Shown here: one piece after another, positions 50,820-64,000 of the stretch
Numbering within the stretch: the stretch's first letter is position 1
How the letters are laid out: every line of letters starts with the position of its first letter
The notes under the pieces: model-generated
Told to the model about the DNA's origin: nothing
What the model saw: the letters and a program-made list of their open reading frames with translations, nothing else
Databases searched by the model: none
Position numbers and translations under genes: made by a program
Assembly: GCF_009914755.1 (NCBI RefSeq)
Contig: NC_060925.1
Length of the DNA stretch: 64,000 bases
Origin: the human T2T-CHM13v2.0 reference genome, Homo sapiens
Strand: one strand, 5' to 3'

Positions 50820-51570
50820 TATATTTTTCAAAGTTATAACTGCTCCTAGGTTAAAATATCAAATCATTCTAGAAAGAAAAATAGCAGTCTCCTGCCATGC
50901 TCCTCCCCTCCCAATTCTCACTTCTGACTGGCAACATTTTTAACTTTAGCCGTTCCTTACACTGCTGTTTCTTGATGGTTTTAATAGTTTGGAAATCCTT
51001 GCCATTTACTATTTTAAAAATGGTTTCACGCTCTTACTTCCCATATCTCTCAACATGTTTTTCTTTCCACACTCATATTCCTTTCTACCCAATTAGGTTG
51101 CACAGTAATCTTTACATTTAATGTTTATATTATGACCCTATAAATATTTATGGCTGAGCTATTTATTGAACCCTGATTATATTTTCTTTCTTGGACAAAT
51201 TGCATTTTTCTGGATGTACTATGTGTCTCTGCTGGAGGCATACCTCTCTCTCAATACTTTAGCAGAGAAAACCTACCAGCTTCTTTCTTATCCATGGAGA
51301 CCTCCATCTTGCACCCTTCTGCCACCTTGCCCTGTATGGAGAGGTTGCCCTCTGGGCCTGTTGTACAAACACCATCTTCTGAGCTCTCTCACATCATCCT
51401 GGAGATGGCTTCACTCTCTCTTGTTGAAGCACCCGGTATATAAGTTAATGCCTTTCTAGATTTACTCCTATGTTTTCAAAGAGTACAAACACGAGCTTCT
51501 TGAGAAAGCATGTGTGGGAGAGTTTTTCTTTTTGTTTTTCAGTATCATGCATACCTAAAAATGTCTTTAC
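50820..51570 (-). mobile_element. Old L1M fragment
   Basis: T-rich antisense L1 character, ending gcatacctaaaaatgtctttact. Confidence 0.45.
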
Positions 51571-51571
51571 T

Positions 51572-52649
51572 GCAGAGGCCAGACCATGAGGCCAGTTCCA
51601 TCAAGCCCGCCCTGGGCCAGCAGGAAGATGAGCAAGACTGAGAGGAGATTTGATTCAAGCTGAAAGAGACCGGGGAGGTGCAGGACTTGAGGAAGAAACT
51701 AGACATGTGAGAGCTGTGGCCCTGCAGATGGGAGAGGGGGTACAAGTGGAGGCCATTCTAGTGGGTGATTTCCTTCAGATTAAGACAGGTAGTATGTATA
51801 TGGGGCAGGAGGAGAAGGGCATGGATGGGATCAGTAAAGAGGAAGACCTCCAGCCAAGGATGTCATTTTCTGAAGAAACCAACCCAGGGTAGGAAGGCAT
51901 GAGCGTGATGAAGTACATGGAGACAAAGACAAAGCAAAGGAAAGGGCTCCTGGACCACAGGAACAGAAAATCAAACTGAAGAGTGCAGAGGACTGTCTCT
52001 ATGAACTTTCAGAAAACACATGTTTGCTCCTCAAAGAAGGCCAAGGAGATGCTTCCCACCCAATGCTGGGTGCATCCCAAGGTGGATGTCTGCACTGATG
52101 CTGAAATAGAATGCATTGCCACCAAGGAAGCTAAAGCCTGGCTGCTAGCAGAGGATCAGAATAAGAAGAAAGACATTGAGACATCTTGTGTGCACCAACA
52201 TGTGTGATTATGTGTGGTACCACCCATTTGATCCCAACGGCTCAATGCCCTCACAGAGAGAAACAAAGAAGAGTCCAAGGCCTGGCCCTAGAGTGGATGA
52301 CACCAAGAAGCCTAAGCAGTCCCTTCCAAATCACCAGTGTCCTGCTAAAGAGAAGGCCACCGATGCCCATCACCATGAAGAGTTCAAGAAAAACGAACAG
52401 TCCTGAGAGCTGCTGAAGGGAAGATATGCAGGATGGGCTGTAAATAGCACCCCTCCCCTAATAAAAAAAGACTTCCTGGACCAAGGCCTACTGATTGGGA
52501 GTAGCAGACAGTCCCCCAAATCCACTCTATTAGTCCTGCTGCTCACCTGCCTGATTTCTCAAGCACTGGATGTGTAATCTTTTGAGACAAAACAATATTC
52601 AGTTTTCCTACTTGGAGGCAACTTCATTCTTAGGAGCATTGACATATAT

Positions 52650-52655
<6 letters not shown>
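51572..52655 (+). pseudogene. C9orf78: C9orf78 (TLS1/HCA59 splicing factor) processed pseudogene, heavily decayed
   Basis: Intronless, co-linear peptides in shifting frames match C9orf78: QEDEQD*EEI*FKLKETGEVQDLRK vs EEDEQDSEEVRLKLEETREVQNLRK; AVALQMGEGVQVEAILVGDFLQIKTG vs AVALLVGEKVQEETTLVDDPFQMKTG; AEDCLYEL; EAKAWLLAEDQNKKKDIETS vs DAKARLLAEQQNKKKDSETS; PAKEKATDAHHHEEFKK vs PANEKATDDYHYEKFKK. Stop at 52404-52406, followed by 3'UTR-like sequence. Multiple internal stops and frameshifts. Confidence 0.93.
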
Positions 52656-53284
<629 letters not shown>

Positions 53285-53309
53285 ATGTGTGTTTGTGTGT
53301 GTGTATACA

Positions 53310-54450
53310 CACATGGTACCACTCTCTTTTAACTTACTGTAGTCTATAATAATTTATGATAACCAGCAGTGAAAATCATCCCACTTTGTTCTTCTCTAAG
53401 ATTTCCTTGACTATTATTTGTCGTTTGCATTTTCATACAAATTTTACAATCACCTTGCAAAACTTCACAAAATTCTACTGGAATGTTGACCAGAATTGCA
53501 TTGAATCTAGAGATTAGTTTGAAAACAAAGTTCACATATTTACAAAACTTGGTCTTCTACTTCTTGAACTTGGTTTATTTCTGCATTTATTTATATTATC
53601 ATTAACTTCTCTTAATGATGTGTGCTATGATTTGAATATAGTTTGTCTGGCCTCACAAAGTCTCATGTTGAAATTTGATCCCCAGTGTTGGAGGTGGGGC
53701 CTTGGTGACAGGTGTTTGGGTCATTGGGGTGGGATCCTTCGTGAATGACTTGGTGCCACTATAGCAGGAGTGAGTGAGTTCTCACTCAGTTGCTGTGACA
53801 ACTATTGTTAAAAAGAACCTGGCACCTCTTTTCTCCCTCTCTTCTTCCCTGTCTCTCCATGTAATGGGTGGCTCCCCTTCACGTTGCTCTATGAGAAGCA
53901 GCTCCCTGAGGCCCTCATTAGAGGCAGATGCTGACATCATGCTTCTTGTACAGACTGCAGAACGGTGAGCCAAATAAACCTCTTTTATTTGTAAATTACT
54001 CAGTCTCAAGTATTCCTTTGTAGCAACACAAATGAACTAAGACAATATGTTTTTTCCTTGATAAAAGTTATGTAAATCTATCATTAAATTTATTCCTTTG
54101 TATGTGATGCTTTGATACTGTTGTAAATGATATCTTTTTAAGGTTTTTTTTCAGTTTAATTGTTTACTTCAGTTATATAGAACTAAAATTGATTTTTGTG
54201 TGTGTGTGTGTTGTTTTCTATTAAAGTTATTTAAGGTCTTTCAGGTGCATCTCCATTACTCTGGGTATGTACAATTGATTTTATATCCAGTGGCCTTGCT
54301 AAATTCTCTTTCAATTCTAATATTTTAGTGAAAATTATCTTTGGATTTCCTACATGTATGATCATGTCTCTTGTGAGTAATGACATATTTGTTTCCTCCC
54401 AATCTCTAAACCTTTATTTACTTTATCCTTATTCTTTTGCACTGCCTAGG
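53310..54450 (-). mobile_element. L1M ORF2 fragment split by MST
   Basis: tttgcattttcatacaaattttacaatcacc...attgcattgaatctagagattagttt...ttgatttt...tatccagtggccttgctaaattc. Confidence 0.7.
53623..54044 (+). mobile_element. MSTB-like MaLR solo LTR
   Basis: tgctatgatttgaat...ctcatgttgaaatttgatccccagtgttggaggtggggcc...gaactaagaca. Near-TSD atgtg/atatg. Confidence 0.88.
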
Positions 54451-54838
54451 ACATCCAGTGCCCTGCTGGCACCTTTTTCCACCCCATCACAGTCCTGTCG
54501 ATCAACTAAAGGCAAACATTAGGAAGAGCATTCCCAGGAAAGGAGTGGGAAAGGGTTTCTTTCTAAGGCTGAGAGCAGAGCTGGCCTAACCTACACAGTT
54601 CAGGCTTTCTGTGGATAATATCTCTAAAGAAAAGATCTAGGGAAAGGTTTGAGTTTTCAGATAGCACTTACCTTTGGAAACTCAAGACCATGAGGAAATT
54701 AATTCCAACAAAGAATCTAAAGAGAGAATAGAGAACTCCCCTTTGCCCCAGCTGGACCATGTGTGGAGCTTTAACTCCTTTCCTTGCTCCATTTCCTTAC
54801 TTACTGAATGTACCTTAGGGACAATGGTACAACACAAT

Positions 54839-55223
54839 TGTTGCGGACTGAATTGTGTCTCCCTTTAAAATTTATATGTTGGAGTCCTAACCCTCAGTGC
54901 CTTAAAATGTGAGCTTATCTGAAAATAGGATTGTTGTAGACATCATTAGTTCAGAGGAGGTCATTAGGGTGGGCCCTAATCCAATATAACTGGTGTCCTT
55001 ATAAAAAGGGGGAAATTTGGACACAGAGACACACACGTGTGCAAACAGAGGACCATGTGAAGATGAAGACAGAGATCAGAGTGATGCATCTACAAGCCAA
55101 AAGATGACAAAAATTGCCAGAAAACCAGCAGAAGCCAGGAGAGAAACATGGAACAAATTCTTCCCCACAGCCCTCAGAAGGACTCAATCCTGCCAACACA
55201 TTGATCTTGGACTTCCAGCCTCC
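54839..55223 (+). mobile_element. MLT1C LTR, 3'-truncated
   Basis: gactgaattgtgtctccc...gggccctaatccaatataactggtgtccttataaaa...ccctcagaagga...cttggacttccagcctcc. Confidence 0.85.
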
Positions 55224-55712
55224 TCCATTCCCAAGGCAGCTGCCACAAATGGGTCTCTTTCTCTCTGCACCTCATGGGAGTGGTCAAAGCAGCCACAATC
55301 ATTTCATCAGAGAGTTGGTTTGAGTTGAAATCTCCTTGTCATCTCTGCCTTAATGAGTATATAAAACTTTTTTTAGTAGAGGATATGAATAAATTTCATA
55401 GCTCATCTTTAAAAAGAATCATTAAAGCCCTATGAACTAAGATGTCCTTTTCACTAATAGATTAAGATTGAGGCTCCAAAAGATGGGTAGCTGTTTTTGT
55501 TTGTGCAAAAGCCTTGCAGCCTCTAGCAGTTTTCCCAGCACATAGTAGGTATTCAAAATTATTGACAGAATAATTGCGCAGAATTAGTCTTACCAAATAG
55601 AGCTAATGATGACAGTAATCAATGATAGGTCCAGCCTTACTCATGGATAGCATAGATAGTCATGGGCATGATGTATGTATAAGTTCTCCAGAGTTCCAAT
55701 GAAACAACATTT

Positions 55713-55720
55713 CATATATA

Positions 55721-55755
<35 letters not shown>

Positions 55756-55809
55756 ATGTGTGTGTATCTTGTATATATATCCAGAAAGAGAGACAGAGAG
55801 AGAGAGAGA
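55713..55809. repeat. (TA)(TG)(CG)(TG) alternating tract followed by (GA)n
   Basis: Read directly. The following gatttattttaaggaattg is typical of an MLT2 remnant. Confidence 0.85.
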
Positions 55810-56341
55810 TTTATTTTAAGGAATTGCTGCACTGACAGATGTGCCTGTTTTTGCTATCTTGGGATTTCTTTCTGTTATTTTAAGAAAAACTCAGTGAGCT
55901 TGATTTTGAAAGCTGCTGCTTTGGCCATGGCTTAGTGTTTGAGGCTCAAAGTGTTGAAACTTCCTATAAATAGTATCCTTAGCGATGGGTCATCGCCATA
56001 TGTATTGCTCCAACATTATGTTGGCATACATTTAAATGAAAGATTGATGTTGTTGACTACAGTTGCTTGTATGATTTGTGTTTGTAGTTGGCCTCCTTTT
56101 TATTTTTTTGTGAATGGTTGAGACCACAAGAAATGTTGTTTCACTGGGAAGAGAAAAAGAAAGGAGAAAATACTCATTACCAAACTCAATTTGATGACTT
56201 ATGTTGGCATTCCCTAATGGGCTGCCTAACATGAGAAAGGGGAGAGGAGGTGTGTTTTTTGTCACAAGGTTTCTATTCCATGATTGAAACTATTTATCTT
56301 TTGAGGGAAAAAAGATTTATAATGTTTCCAGTAAAGTTGCC

Positions 56342-56719
56342 TGTATTAATCTATGTGAACTTCCATAATAAAATGTCATAGATTGAGTGGCTTAAACAAC
56401 AGACATTTATTTTGCATAGTTCTGCGGGCTGAAAATCTATGATCAAAATCCAGCATTGTTTGGTTTCTGGTGAGGGCTCTCTTCCTGGCTTCTAGATTGC
56501 CACCTTCTCATGGTGTCCTTAGACGGTCTTTTCTTTGAGTGTACTTGGAGAGAGAGCTCTTTCTCTTCCTCTTATAAGGCCACCAACCTTGTGTGATTAG
56601 GGACCTACCCTTATGACCTCATTTAACTTTAATTACCTCCTAAAGGCCCTATCTCAAACTACAGTCACATTAGGGTGAAGGTTTCAATATTTTGGGGGGA
56701 TAAAATTCAGTCCATGGCA
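56342..56719 (-). mobile_element. MLT1A0-like LTR
   Basis: gagtggcttaaacaacagacatttatt...ctggtgagggctctcttcctggc...ttatgacctcatttaac...aattcagtccatggca. Confidence 0.85.
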
Positions 56720-56862
56720 GTTTCGATTACGTTATAAAATAATACTGTTTTTCAAAGGCATAAGAAACTAGCAAGGGAGAATCATTATGTATTCACAGAG
56801 TTGAAGGAAAAGAGGGGTGGTGTGGTAAAAATCGAAAATTATTTGCCACTTACCTCTCTCTC

Positions 56863-57144
56863 TTTTTATAGAGACAGGGTCTTGCTCTGTCACACAGGCT
56901 AGAGTGCAGTGGCACCAACATATTTCACTGGAGCCTCAACCTCCTGCTTCAGCCCCCTGAGTAGCTGGGAGTACCTATGTGTGCACTACCATGGCTTGTT
57001 AATTTTTCAAAAGAAATTTTTGTCGAGACAGGGTCTCATTATGCTGCCTAAGCTAGTCACAAACTTCTGGTCGCAAGCAATCCTCCTGGCTTAGTCAGCC
57101 TCCCAAAGTGCTGCAATTACAGGCATGAGCTACCACATCTGGCC
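56863..57144 (-). mobile_element. AluJ
   Basis: gagacagggtcttgctctgtcac...caagcaatcctcctggc...cctcccaaagtgctg, diverged. Confidence 0.88.
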
Positions 57145-57459
57145 TACTTTTCTTGCAATAAAATCCAGACACAGTTTTAGGGTTTCTTTCTGTGTGTAAA
57201 ATATTGTGGTAAAATCTTTAGATTACTGACTTAATTTTTCAGGAAGTAAGAAGCATTTTAAGATAATGTACCACACATCTTCTCACACTGTGGTATGTGA
57301 CGGTTAAAAATGCAGCAAAAAATATGGACCTTTACTTCACGAATTTAGAATTTTACTGGCAATATTGAGGTATGAGTTTGCTAATTCTCAAAGGAATCTT
57401 ATATGTGTCTATTCAGGAATAGTAATTTGATTATTTTGAATAAATGTGCCTGATGACAG

Positions 57460-57812
57460 TGTATTAGTCAATTTTCATGCTGCTGATAAAGACATACCAA
57501 GACTGGGAAGAAAAGGAAGTTTAATTGGACTTATAGTTCCACATGGTTGGGGAGGCCTCAGAATCATGGTGGGAGGTGAAAGGCACTTCTTACATAGTGG
57601 TGGCAAGAGAAAATGAGGAAGAAGCAAAAGCAGAAAGCCCTAATAAACCCATCAGATCTTGTGAAACTTATTCACTATCATGAGAATAGCATGGGAAAGA
57701 CTGGCCCCCAAGATTCAATTATCTCCCCCGGGTCCCCCTTCACAACACATGGGAATTCTGGGAGATACAATTCCAGTTGAGATTTGGGTTGGGACACAGC
57801 CAAACCATATCA
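57460..57812 (-). mobile_element. THE1 (B/C) MaLR solo LTR
   Basis: tgtattagtcaattttcatgctgctgataaagacatacc...gggacacagccaaaccatatca. Confidence 0.92.
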
Positions 57813-60800
57813 CTCAGTAAAGTGAAAAGTTTGATTTTCAAAAATTTCTTGTCTTGATTTGTTACAGGCCTAATTGACCAAATGAATTAATCTTTTGTCA
57901 CAATGATGGCAAATTCTGTCAGTCCAATGATTGGTCACACATTCTATTTGCACTCTATGCAAGCATATTAGCTTTTCTTTCTTGAAAAATCAGTGTCTTC
58001 CTTGGCAATAAGAGGATGAAGGGGGAAATTTTATTTCGAATAATGCCATGTTTAAGAACTCGACAAATCTTGGGTCAGATTCATTCTCCCCTCCTGGAAG
58101 GCTGAACCAGGAAGTAGAGCCCAGCAATGTTGAATACTCATTAACTCTTCCAGATCACTCTTCCGGTCCCATTCAGTCAATTGCTACTTCAGACCCTTGG
58201 TTTCTGGAGAGAACCTGACTCATTCTCACTCTGCTTTAATCATCCTCTGAAAGTGGGCTGTGGGCCTGGAGCAAGGGTGAGTAAGGACATGTCAGCGCTC
58301 CTCTCAATCCAAGGGATACTAGGTGCAGCTGAGTTGGTAGCTCACATCCCTGCTGTGGCTGTAAAGGGAGGGAAGATGGCTCTTTATCGTGAACTTGCAG
58401 TAAAGGTGAAGGACAGCTCTTCCAAAAGAGGGGCAGCTGCTAATCTCAAGATCAGATTCTGTGACACTGTTGTCACTTTGCTCAGTCAGGCACAGATACA
58501 GTTTTATGCATTGATGTGGTTAGAGCTTGCCAGAAACCAACCCAAGGGTGTGCTATCTTGCTTTCTTTTTCTTTGTCTTTTGGGGTAAGTTACATCTACC
58601 GTTTCAGTCTCTGGAAGCTGGCGGTCTTAAGCAAAGCCACACTTACTTCCTAAGCTGTTCAACAAATCAAAACCCTGTTCAGAAAGGCAGGAGGAGCCAG
58701 GTGCTGGGTGGGGAAGTCTTCCTTCACTGCCTGGCTGGACTCAGAAGCCCTCCAGTGCACTGCAGCAGAGAAGACTTTGATCTCAAAGTAATTTTCATCT
58801 TGATCTCATCTATAGGCCCTGAAGACTCTTCCTGGGTGTCTGTCAATGCAAGGAGTGGGCCTTGGCATTTGTTGTAACGAACTGAAAAATGACCACAAAT
58901 CACCATCTTCCGTGTTGATGGGGACTATTTGTTTAACGGCATTGCTTAGGCCATTAAAAGACCCCTCGGGAATCAGGAAGGGGTGAAGATTTGAAACATT
59001 TTCATCCTTGGTTCAAGACAATAGAATTTGAAGATGCCTTTACCCCACTGATGTGGATATCAAGAGTATCCAGGGTGAGAGGTCACAGAGTCATCCGCCT
59101 GACTGCGTCTGCATGAGCAAAGATAGACAGGATGAGACTGAAAACTCTTCGCTTCATTCATTTCTGTATTTCTGGGCCATGCCCTCTAACAATTGCAAAG
59201 ATGAACTGCAGCGAATTGGAATGACCTAACACTTCTGTGACATCTGATTCTGTTGTACCTGAACATCCCAGAGACCACACCGCTCAAGGGAAATGTATAT
59301 TTGAAAAATATCTTGTGAATGTCTCTAAGCCAGAAAATAAAAATGGACTTTTCAGAGCTAGCAGAGATCCACTTTCGAGCCTGATGCAGCCTCTCTGGTG
59401 ATTTATAATGCATTGACAGTATTCCCCAGATAATTCTTAGAGCCCTCCATTACCACCCAATGAATAGAGGCCATCTCACTGGGGTGTCAGCGAGGTTGAA
59501 ATTTGCTAAGAATTTACTAGCCCAGAGAAATGCATGAGAGAGAAGTGCCAGATGATACATCTGGAAGAGACCACTGCTGATTCTACAGATGCAAAATCCC
59601 ATGCAGTCAGGGTAGTGACTTACCTGGGACCACACAGCTAACCATGGCAATGGAGGACTAGCGTTCAGGTCTCTGAACACCCAGCTTTGTGTTTAAAGAC
59701 TGCACTGACCACTAGGAATAACAGGTCTGGTTAATGCACCATTGGCCATTCTGACAATGCTTTACTAACTGCCTGAGATAGACCAAGACTTCCTTCAGCA
59801 GTCAGGAAGTCAGAAGAGCAAGGAAGCAATTTGGCTCTACAGGGTGGAGACAAAATGCCTTTTCAATAGGTTGCTAAGTTCTCCATTTAACAAGAGCCAA
59901 AGAAAAAGTTCATACCAAAAACACCTTATAGACAAAATTCATCCTTTATACAGACATCTGCTCTTCTTCAGGGGGGCTGCGGGCCATTAGGGCCATGTGC
60001 TTGTCACGACGCTTGCAGCAGATGTTTGCTAATACTTTAAGATCTCCCTGTGATGTGGTTATTGTTTAATTCTCCTGTAAGGAGAGTTTTGCTCAAATTA
60101 AACAGGAAGGCTTAAATGCGAACTAGGGTGCAATTTCCTGCTGTGCATTTGTTACAGTGGCACATCAAAGCTCTAAGAAAGGGGCTTGGGGTTTTCTTCA
60201 AGTTCACCAGAGGCCCCAAAGCACTATGCCATGGTGAGTGAGAGAAGCTGTGTCTCATTTTCGTATGCATTTATGTTCAACTACATTGCAGGGTTGTTCT
60301 GTTAGCCCTATTGTGCCTTTTGTTTAAAAGGCCAGATTGCTTTGAAGTGAGCTGGCAGAGCATGATGACAGAGGGCCACTCAGGCAGGGCCCATGGCCAG
60401 AGCCTGGAAAGGCAGTAGGAAAAGCTGTATTCTTCATGCCTGACCAGGTCTCTGCACTTCACATGAGCAAATGGAATCACTTTAAGAAAGGACTATTAGA
60501 AAGCCAAATGTGAGATGAAAAATGACTGTCCATTGTGACCCATGTGTGCTGAGACTGAGAGAGGAATCAATGGTGAGATCAATAAATATTTTATCAAGCA
60601 CCTCCCTTGGTCAAGAAGCAAAAGACTGGGCAATGTTTGCTCTCCTGGGGGGATTACAATTTTAAATCCACTCTCTTACCACCTAGGAGCTAGACAGAAC
60701 ATAAACATGTTAGAAATTAAAGCGTGAAGGTTGAAAAAATATTTCAAGAAGAGAACAGAAGAGGGAGAGTGATTCACTAAATGAACAGTCTGTATTTGCC

Positions 60801-61374
60801 ATGGGTCCAGGGAGAAAGAGTCTGGTCTGGCCGGGTAAAGCTTTCCTGGAGAGGAGAAGCTTCTCTAGTGGGAAGCAGTTGGTTTGGACTTTACTGGATG
60901 GTATTAGTTTCTGTGTCACATCCATGTTTATGAAAAAGTAAAGCCTTATTACTCTTCGTAAGGAGTTAAGAGCCACCTGACTGCCACAGACATTAATTCC
61001 TTTGTGATGGGATCCAGTGCAAATGAAAGCACATGATTAATGATGGGATGGTCTTATTCTTAGGTGGCAGCAAGGCTCACAATTTTTCACATTCACATAC
61101 GTGACTGCATGGATTTTCTAACTAATAATTTGCCACCCACAGCAACACCTAGACAATGGATCTCCACTCACTCTCCCTTGTCACTCAGAAAAAAATCCAC
61201 ATGATTCTCAGGTTTAAATCCCATCAAGGTTATGATTCAGGTTCTCTTGGCTCCAGGCCTGATCCTCCTCTTTCCCTTCCAAATAATTATCCAGGTTCAC
61301 AAAAATGGACATTTGTGGAGCTCTTGCCTTTTTCTGTCTTGGAAGAACCAGCAAGAATCTACCCTTTCCCAAAC

Positions 61375-62200
61375 TTCCATTCACTCATTTATTATTTTTT
61401 TTTATTGAGCACTAGCTATGTGTCAAGCACTGTACTAGGCACAGTAGATTCCATAATAAAAACATTGGAACATAGTGAAGTGAAGGGATAGAGGTAAGCA
61501 AAGAGGTTATGATGATACTGTCTGTGATGTGCAGTGATAAAGGGAGGACACAGCAGGGGGCTCTGGTTCCTGACTTGGGGTGTAAAGAAGGTATCCGTAT
61601 TAGTCTGTTTTCATGCTGCTGATAAAGACATACCAGAGACAGGGCAATTTACAAAAGAAAGTGGTTTAATTGGACTTAACAGTTCCACATGGCTAGGGAA
61701 GCCTCACAATCGTGGTGGAAGGCAAGGAGGAGCAAGTCACGCCTTACATGGATGGCAGCAGGCAGAGAGAGAGAGCGTGTGCAGGGGAACTCCTCTTTTT
61801 AAAACCATCGGATCTCATGAGACTTATTTACTCTCATGAGAACAGCAGGGGAAAGACTTGCCCTCATGATTCAATTACCTCCCACTAGGTCCCTCCCTCA
61901 ACACATGGGAATTCAAGATGAGATTTGGGTGGGGACACAGCCAAACCATATCAGTATCCCAGGAGGTGATGTCAAAGCTGAACCTGAGTGAGCAGAGCAG
62001 GAGGTGGTCAGGCAAAGTTGGATGGAGCAGAGGGCATTCCGACTACCCAGGCTTGCATAGGAAACACCTGGAGGCATGGTGGTCCTGTTGTAAAAGCCCA
62101 AATGCTGTTTCAGAGGATGGAGCCAAAAATGAGGCCATGGAGAAGAGCAGGGGTCAGTTGCTGAAGGCCGTATAAGAATGTCAAGAGTTTTGGCTCTCAT
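61375..62200 (-). mobile_element. L2 3' fragment split by THE1
   Basis: cattcactcatt...tttattgagcactagctatgtgtcaagcactgtactaggc, resuming as cccaggaggtgatgtcaaagctgaacctga. Confidence 0.7.
61596..61953 (-). mobile_element. THE1B solo LTR
   Basis: gtattagtctgttttcatgctgctgataaagacatacc...gaaggcaaggaggagcaagtcac...ccaaaccatatca. Exact 5-bp TSD gtatc. Confidence 0.93.
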
Positions 62201-62739
62201 GAGGGGACCAGGGCACTAACAGAGAGTTAGAAGTGCCGCATTGCAACAAGCTCAGAGTGACTTGCCATTTAACACTCACTGGGCACATTAATCTCTCTCA
62301 GCATTTTAAAGAAATGACTGCATCCCAGTGAAGTGTTAGCTGACTCACAGAGGAGCAAAGGTTTTCTCATTTTACAGGTGAGGAAACTTGAGATACATGG
62401 AGGTGCCAAGGCTCATGGAGTTCGTACAGGAACCAAGAGTAGAAGGTGAACAATCAGCAAAGTTTGTGACAGGAGAGGGGAAATGTGATAAGGGCAAAAT
62501 TAATGTACCGTCCAAGCTGAACTAAGCTAATGCACAGCATAAATTCTTTGAATGATTTTTTTAAACCAAACTCTTTGCTTGAAACTTAATCAGGAATTTA
62601 CTGCGGGACATTGAAGGTCAAGGTTTTAGAGTGCCACTACAAATAGCTCTTATCCTGAGTCCTAGTAATACAGCCAGACTAGGCAGTGTGTCAAAACCAA
62701 GAGCTCCCTTTGCTATGTAGAAATGCAGAAGGGAGAGCC

Positions 62740-62906
62740 CAGGATCACTTGAAACCAGAGGCAGATAGACAGTGGTCTTTCCCCTTGAGTGTACAAAGAG
62801 GTAATAACAGGATCCACCTCCTCACATGAGGACATGTGAGTTAATACATGTTGTAGTGTATTGAGCAGAACCTGGCATATGATAAGTGCTTGATTTGTTA
62901 GCTGTT
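62740..62906 (+). mobile_element. MIR
   Basis: gtaataacaggatccacctc...gtgagttaatacatg...agaacctggcatatgataagtgct...gttagctgtt. Confidence 0.65.
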
Positions 62907-63429
62907 CTTTCCTGTGTGTTCCCTTAAAGATACAGGTATACAGTTTGAGAAACATGGTGGTACAGGAGTCTTCTAAAAGCACACAGCTTTTCTGTCATCT
63001 AGCAGTGCTATAATTGTGTAGTCAGGCAAATGGAATCAAGCTTGACAAGGAAGACGCTGTACCAAGTGTCCCTCAATACCCAGCACTTCTTCATCCCAAC
63101 AGCATTCACCATGCACCTCCCAAACATTCACTGGTGTTAATGTGGAAGTGCAGAGCATTGGCTTCTGGTGTGGATCATCAGAAACAGGTGGCCAAATAAA
63201 AATGGACAGAATCTGTCCCATGTGAAGAGGGAGTAAGCTGAAAGTGTGGTGTCCGGAAATTATTGTAAATTTTATTGCATTTGTAATTTCATGTTATATG
63301 TGATTTAATTAAACATATAATATCTAATAAAAGTCCCTGGGAATCCAGATATCTGAGTTACACGTAAAAAGAAGGAAGAAAATATACTTTTTTACTTAAA
63401 AAGCCACCCTTTTCAGTGACTTATGTCAG

Positions 63430-63740
63430 ATTATTATTATTATTATTATTATTATTATTGAGACAGAATGTCGCTCTGTTGCCCAGGCTGGAGTGCAGTG
63501 GTGCAATCTTGATTCACTGTAACCTCCGCCTCCCAGGTTCAAGCGATTCTTGTGCCTCAGCTTCCTGAGTAGCTGAGATTACAGGTGCACTCCACGTGCC
63601 TGGCTAATTTTTGTATTTTTAGTAGAGACAGGGTTTCACCATGTTGGCCAGGCTGGTCTCGAACCCCTGACCTCAAGTGATCCACCCACCTTAGCCTCCC
63701 AAAGTGCTGAGACTACAGGTGTCAGCTTCTGTGCCTGACC
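63430..63740 (-). mobile_element. AluSx/Sz with (ATT)n tail
   Basis: Antisense Alu with an (att)10 tail. TSD acttatgtcag (63419-63429, 63742-63752). Confidence 0.95.
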
Positions 63741-64000
63741 AACTTATGTCAGTTTAACAGGTCCATGCTGTCTGCCCTTCATTTTCTGACTAATCCTTTA
63801 TAGCAATCTCTGAACCATCAATTCAATGAGGCATTAAGAAATAAGAGACTTCACCATTTTGTAGAAGCCTTTGGCATTTAGATGGGCTCTCCAGGGTGTA
63901 ACTCACACAAAAACAACACAGATTAATATGAAACATGTTATAAATGGAAACAAACAAACATACACACAAATGTATATACCAGATGACATTCCAGAATAGG

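Noticed and set aside
52460-52469. aataaaaaaa as the polyA tail of the C9orf78 retrocopy
   Set aside because: UTR-like similarity appears to continue to ~52655 and no TSD follows this A-run.

Overview
This is primate, most likely human or great-ape, nuclear DNA. It is CpG-depleted and contains AluJ/S/Y SINEs, an ERV9 LTR12C and THE1/MST/MLT LTRs. I find no intact protein-coding gene, RNA gene or CRISPR array. The ORF track is almost entirely chance ORFs inside repeats. About half of the window is recognisable interspersed repeat: ~11 Alus, >20 solo LTRs (several with intact target-site duplications, TSDs), L1/L2/L3 fragments, MIRs and DNA-transposon MITEs. Two processed pseudogenes lie close together at 48-53 kb: a heavily decayed near full-length C9orf78 (TLS1/HCA59) retrocopy, and a 3'UTR-only retrocopy that I recognise as HNRNPA3-like, whose TSD also brackets an LTR10C. 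Other notable structures are a minus-strand LTR12C promoter pointing into an inverted Alu pair, a 130-bp duplicated LTR/flank junction, a twin-primed inverted L1, an Alu inside an Alu, and several short tandem duplications and hairpins. I found no convincing evidence of a novel biological system. Repeat subfamily names come from recalled consensus sequences and need RepeatMasker/Dfam confirmation, and the boundaries of old elements are approximate.
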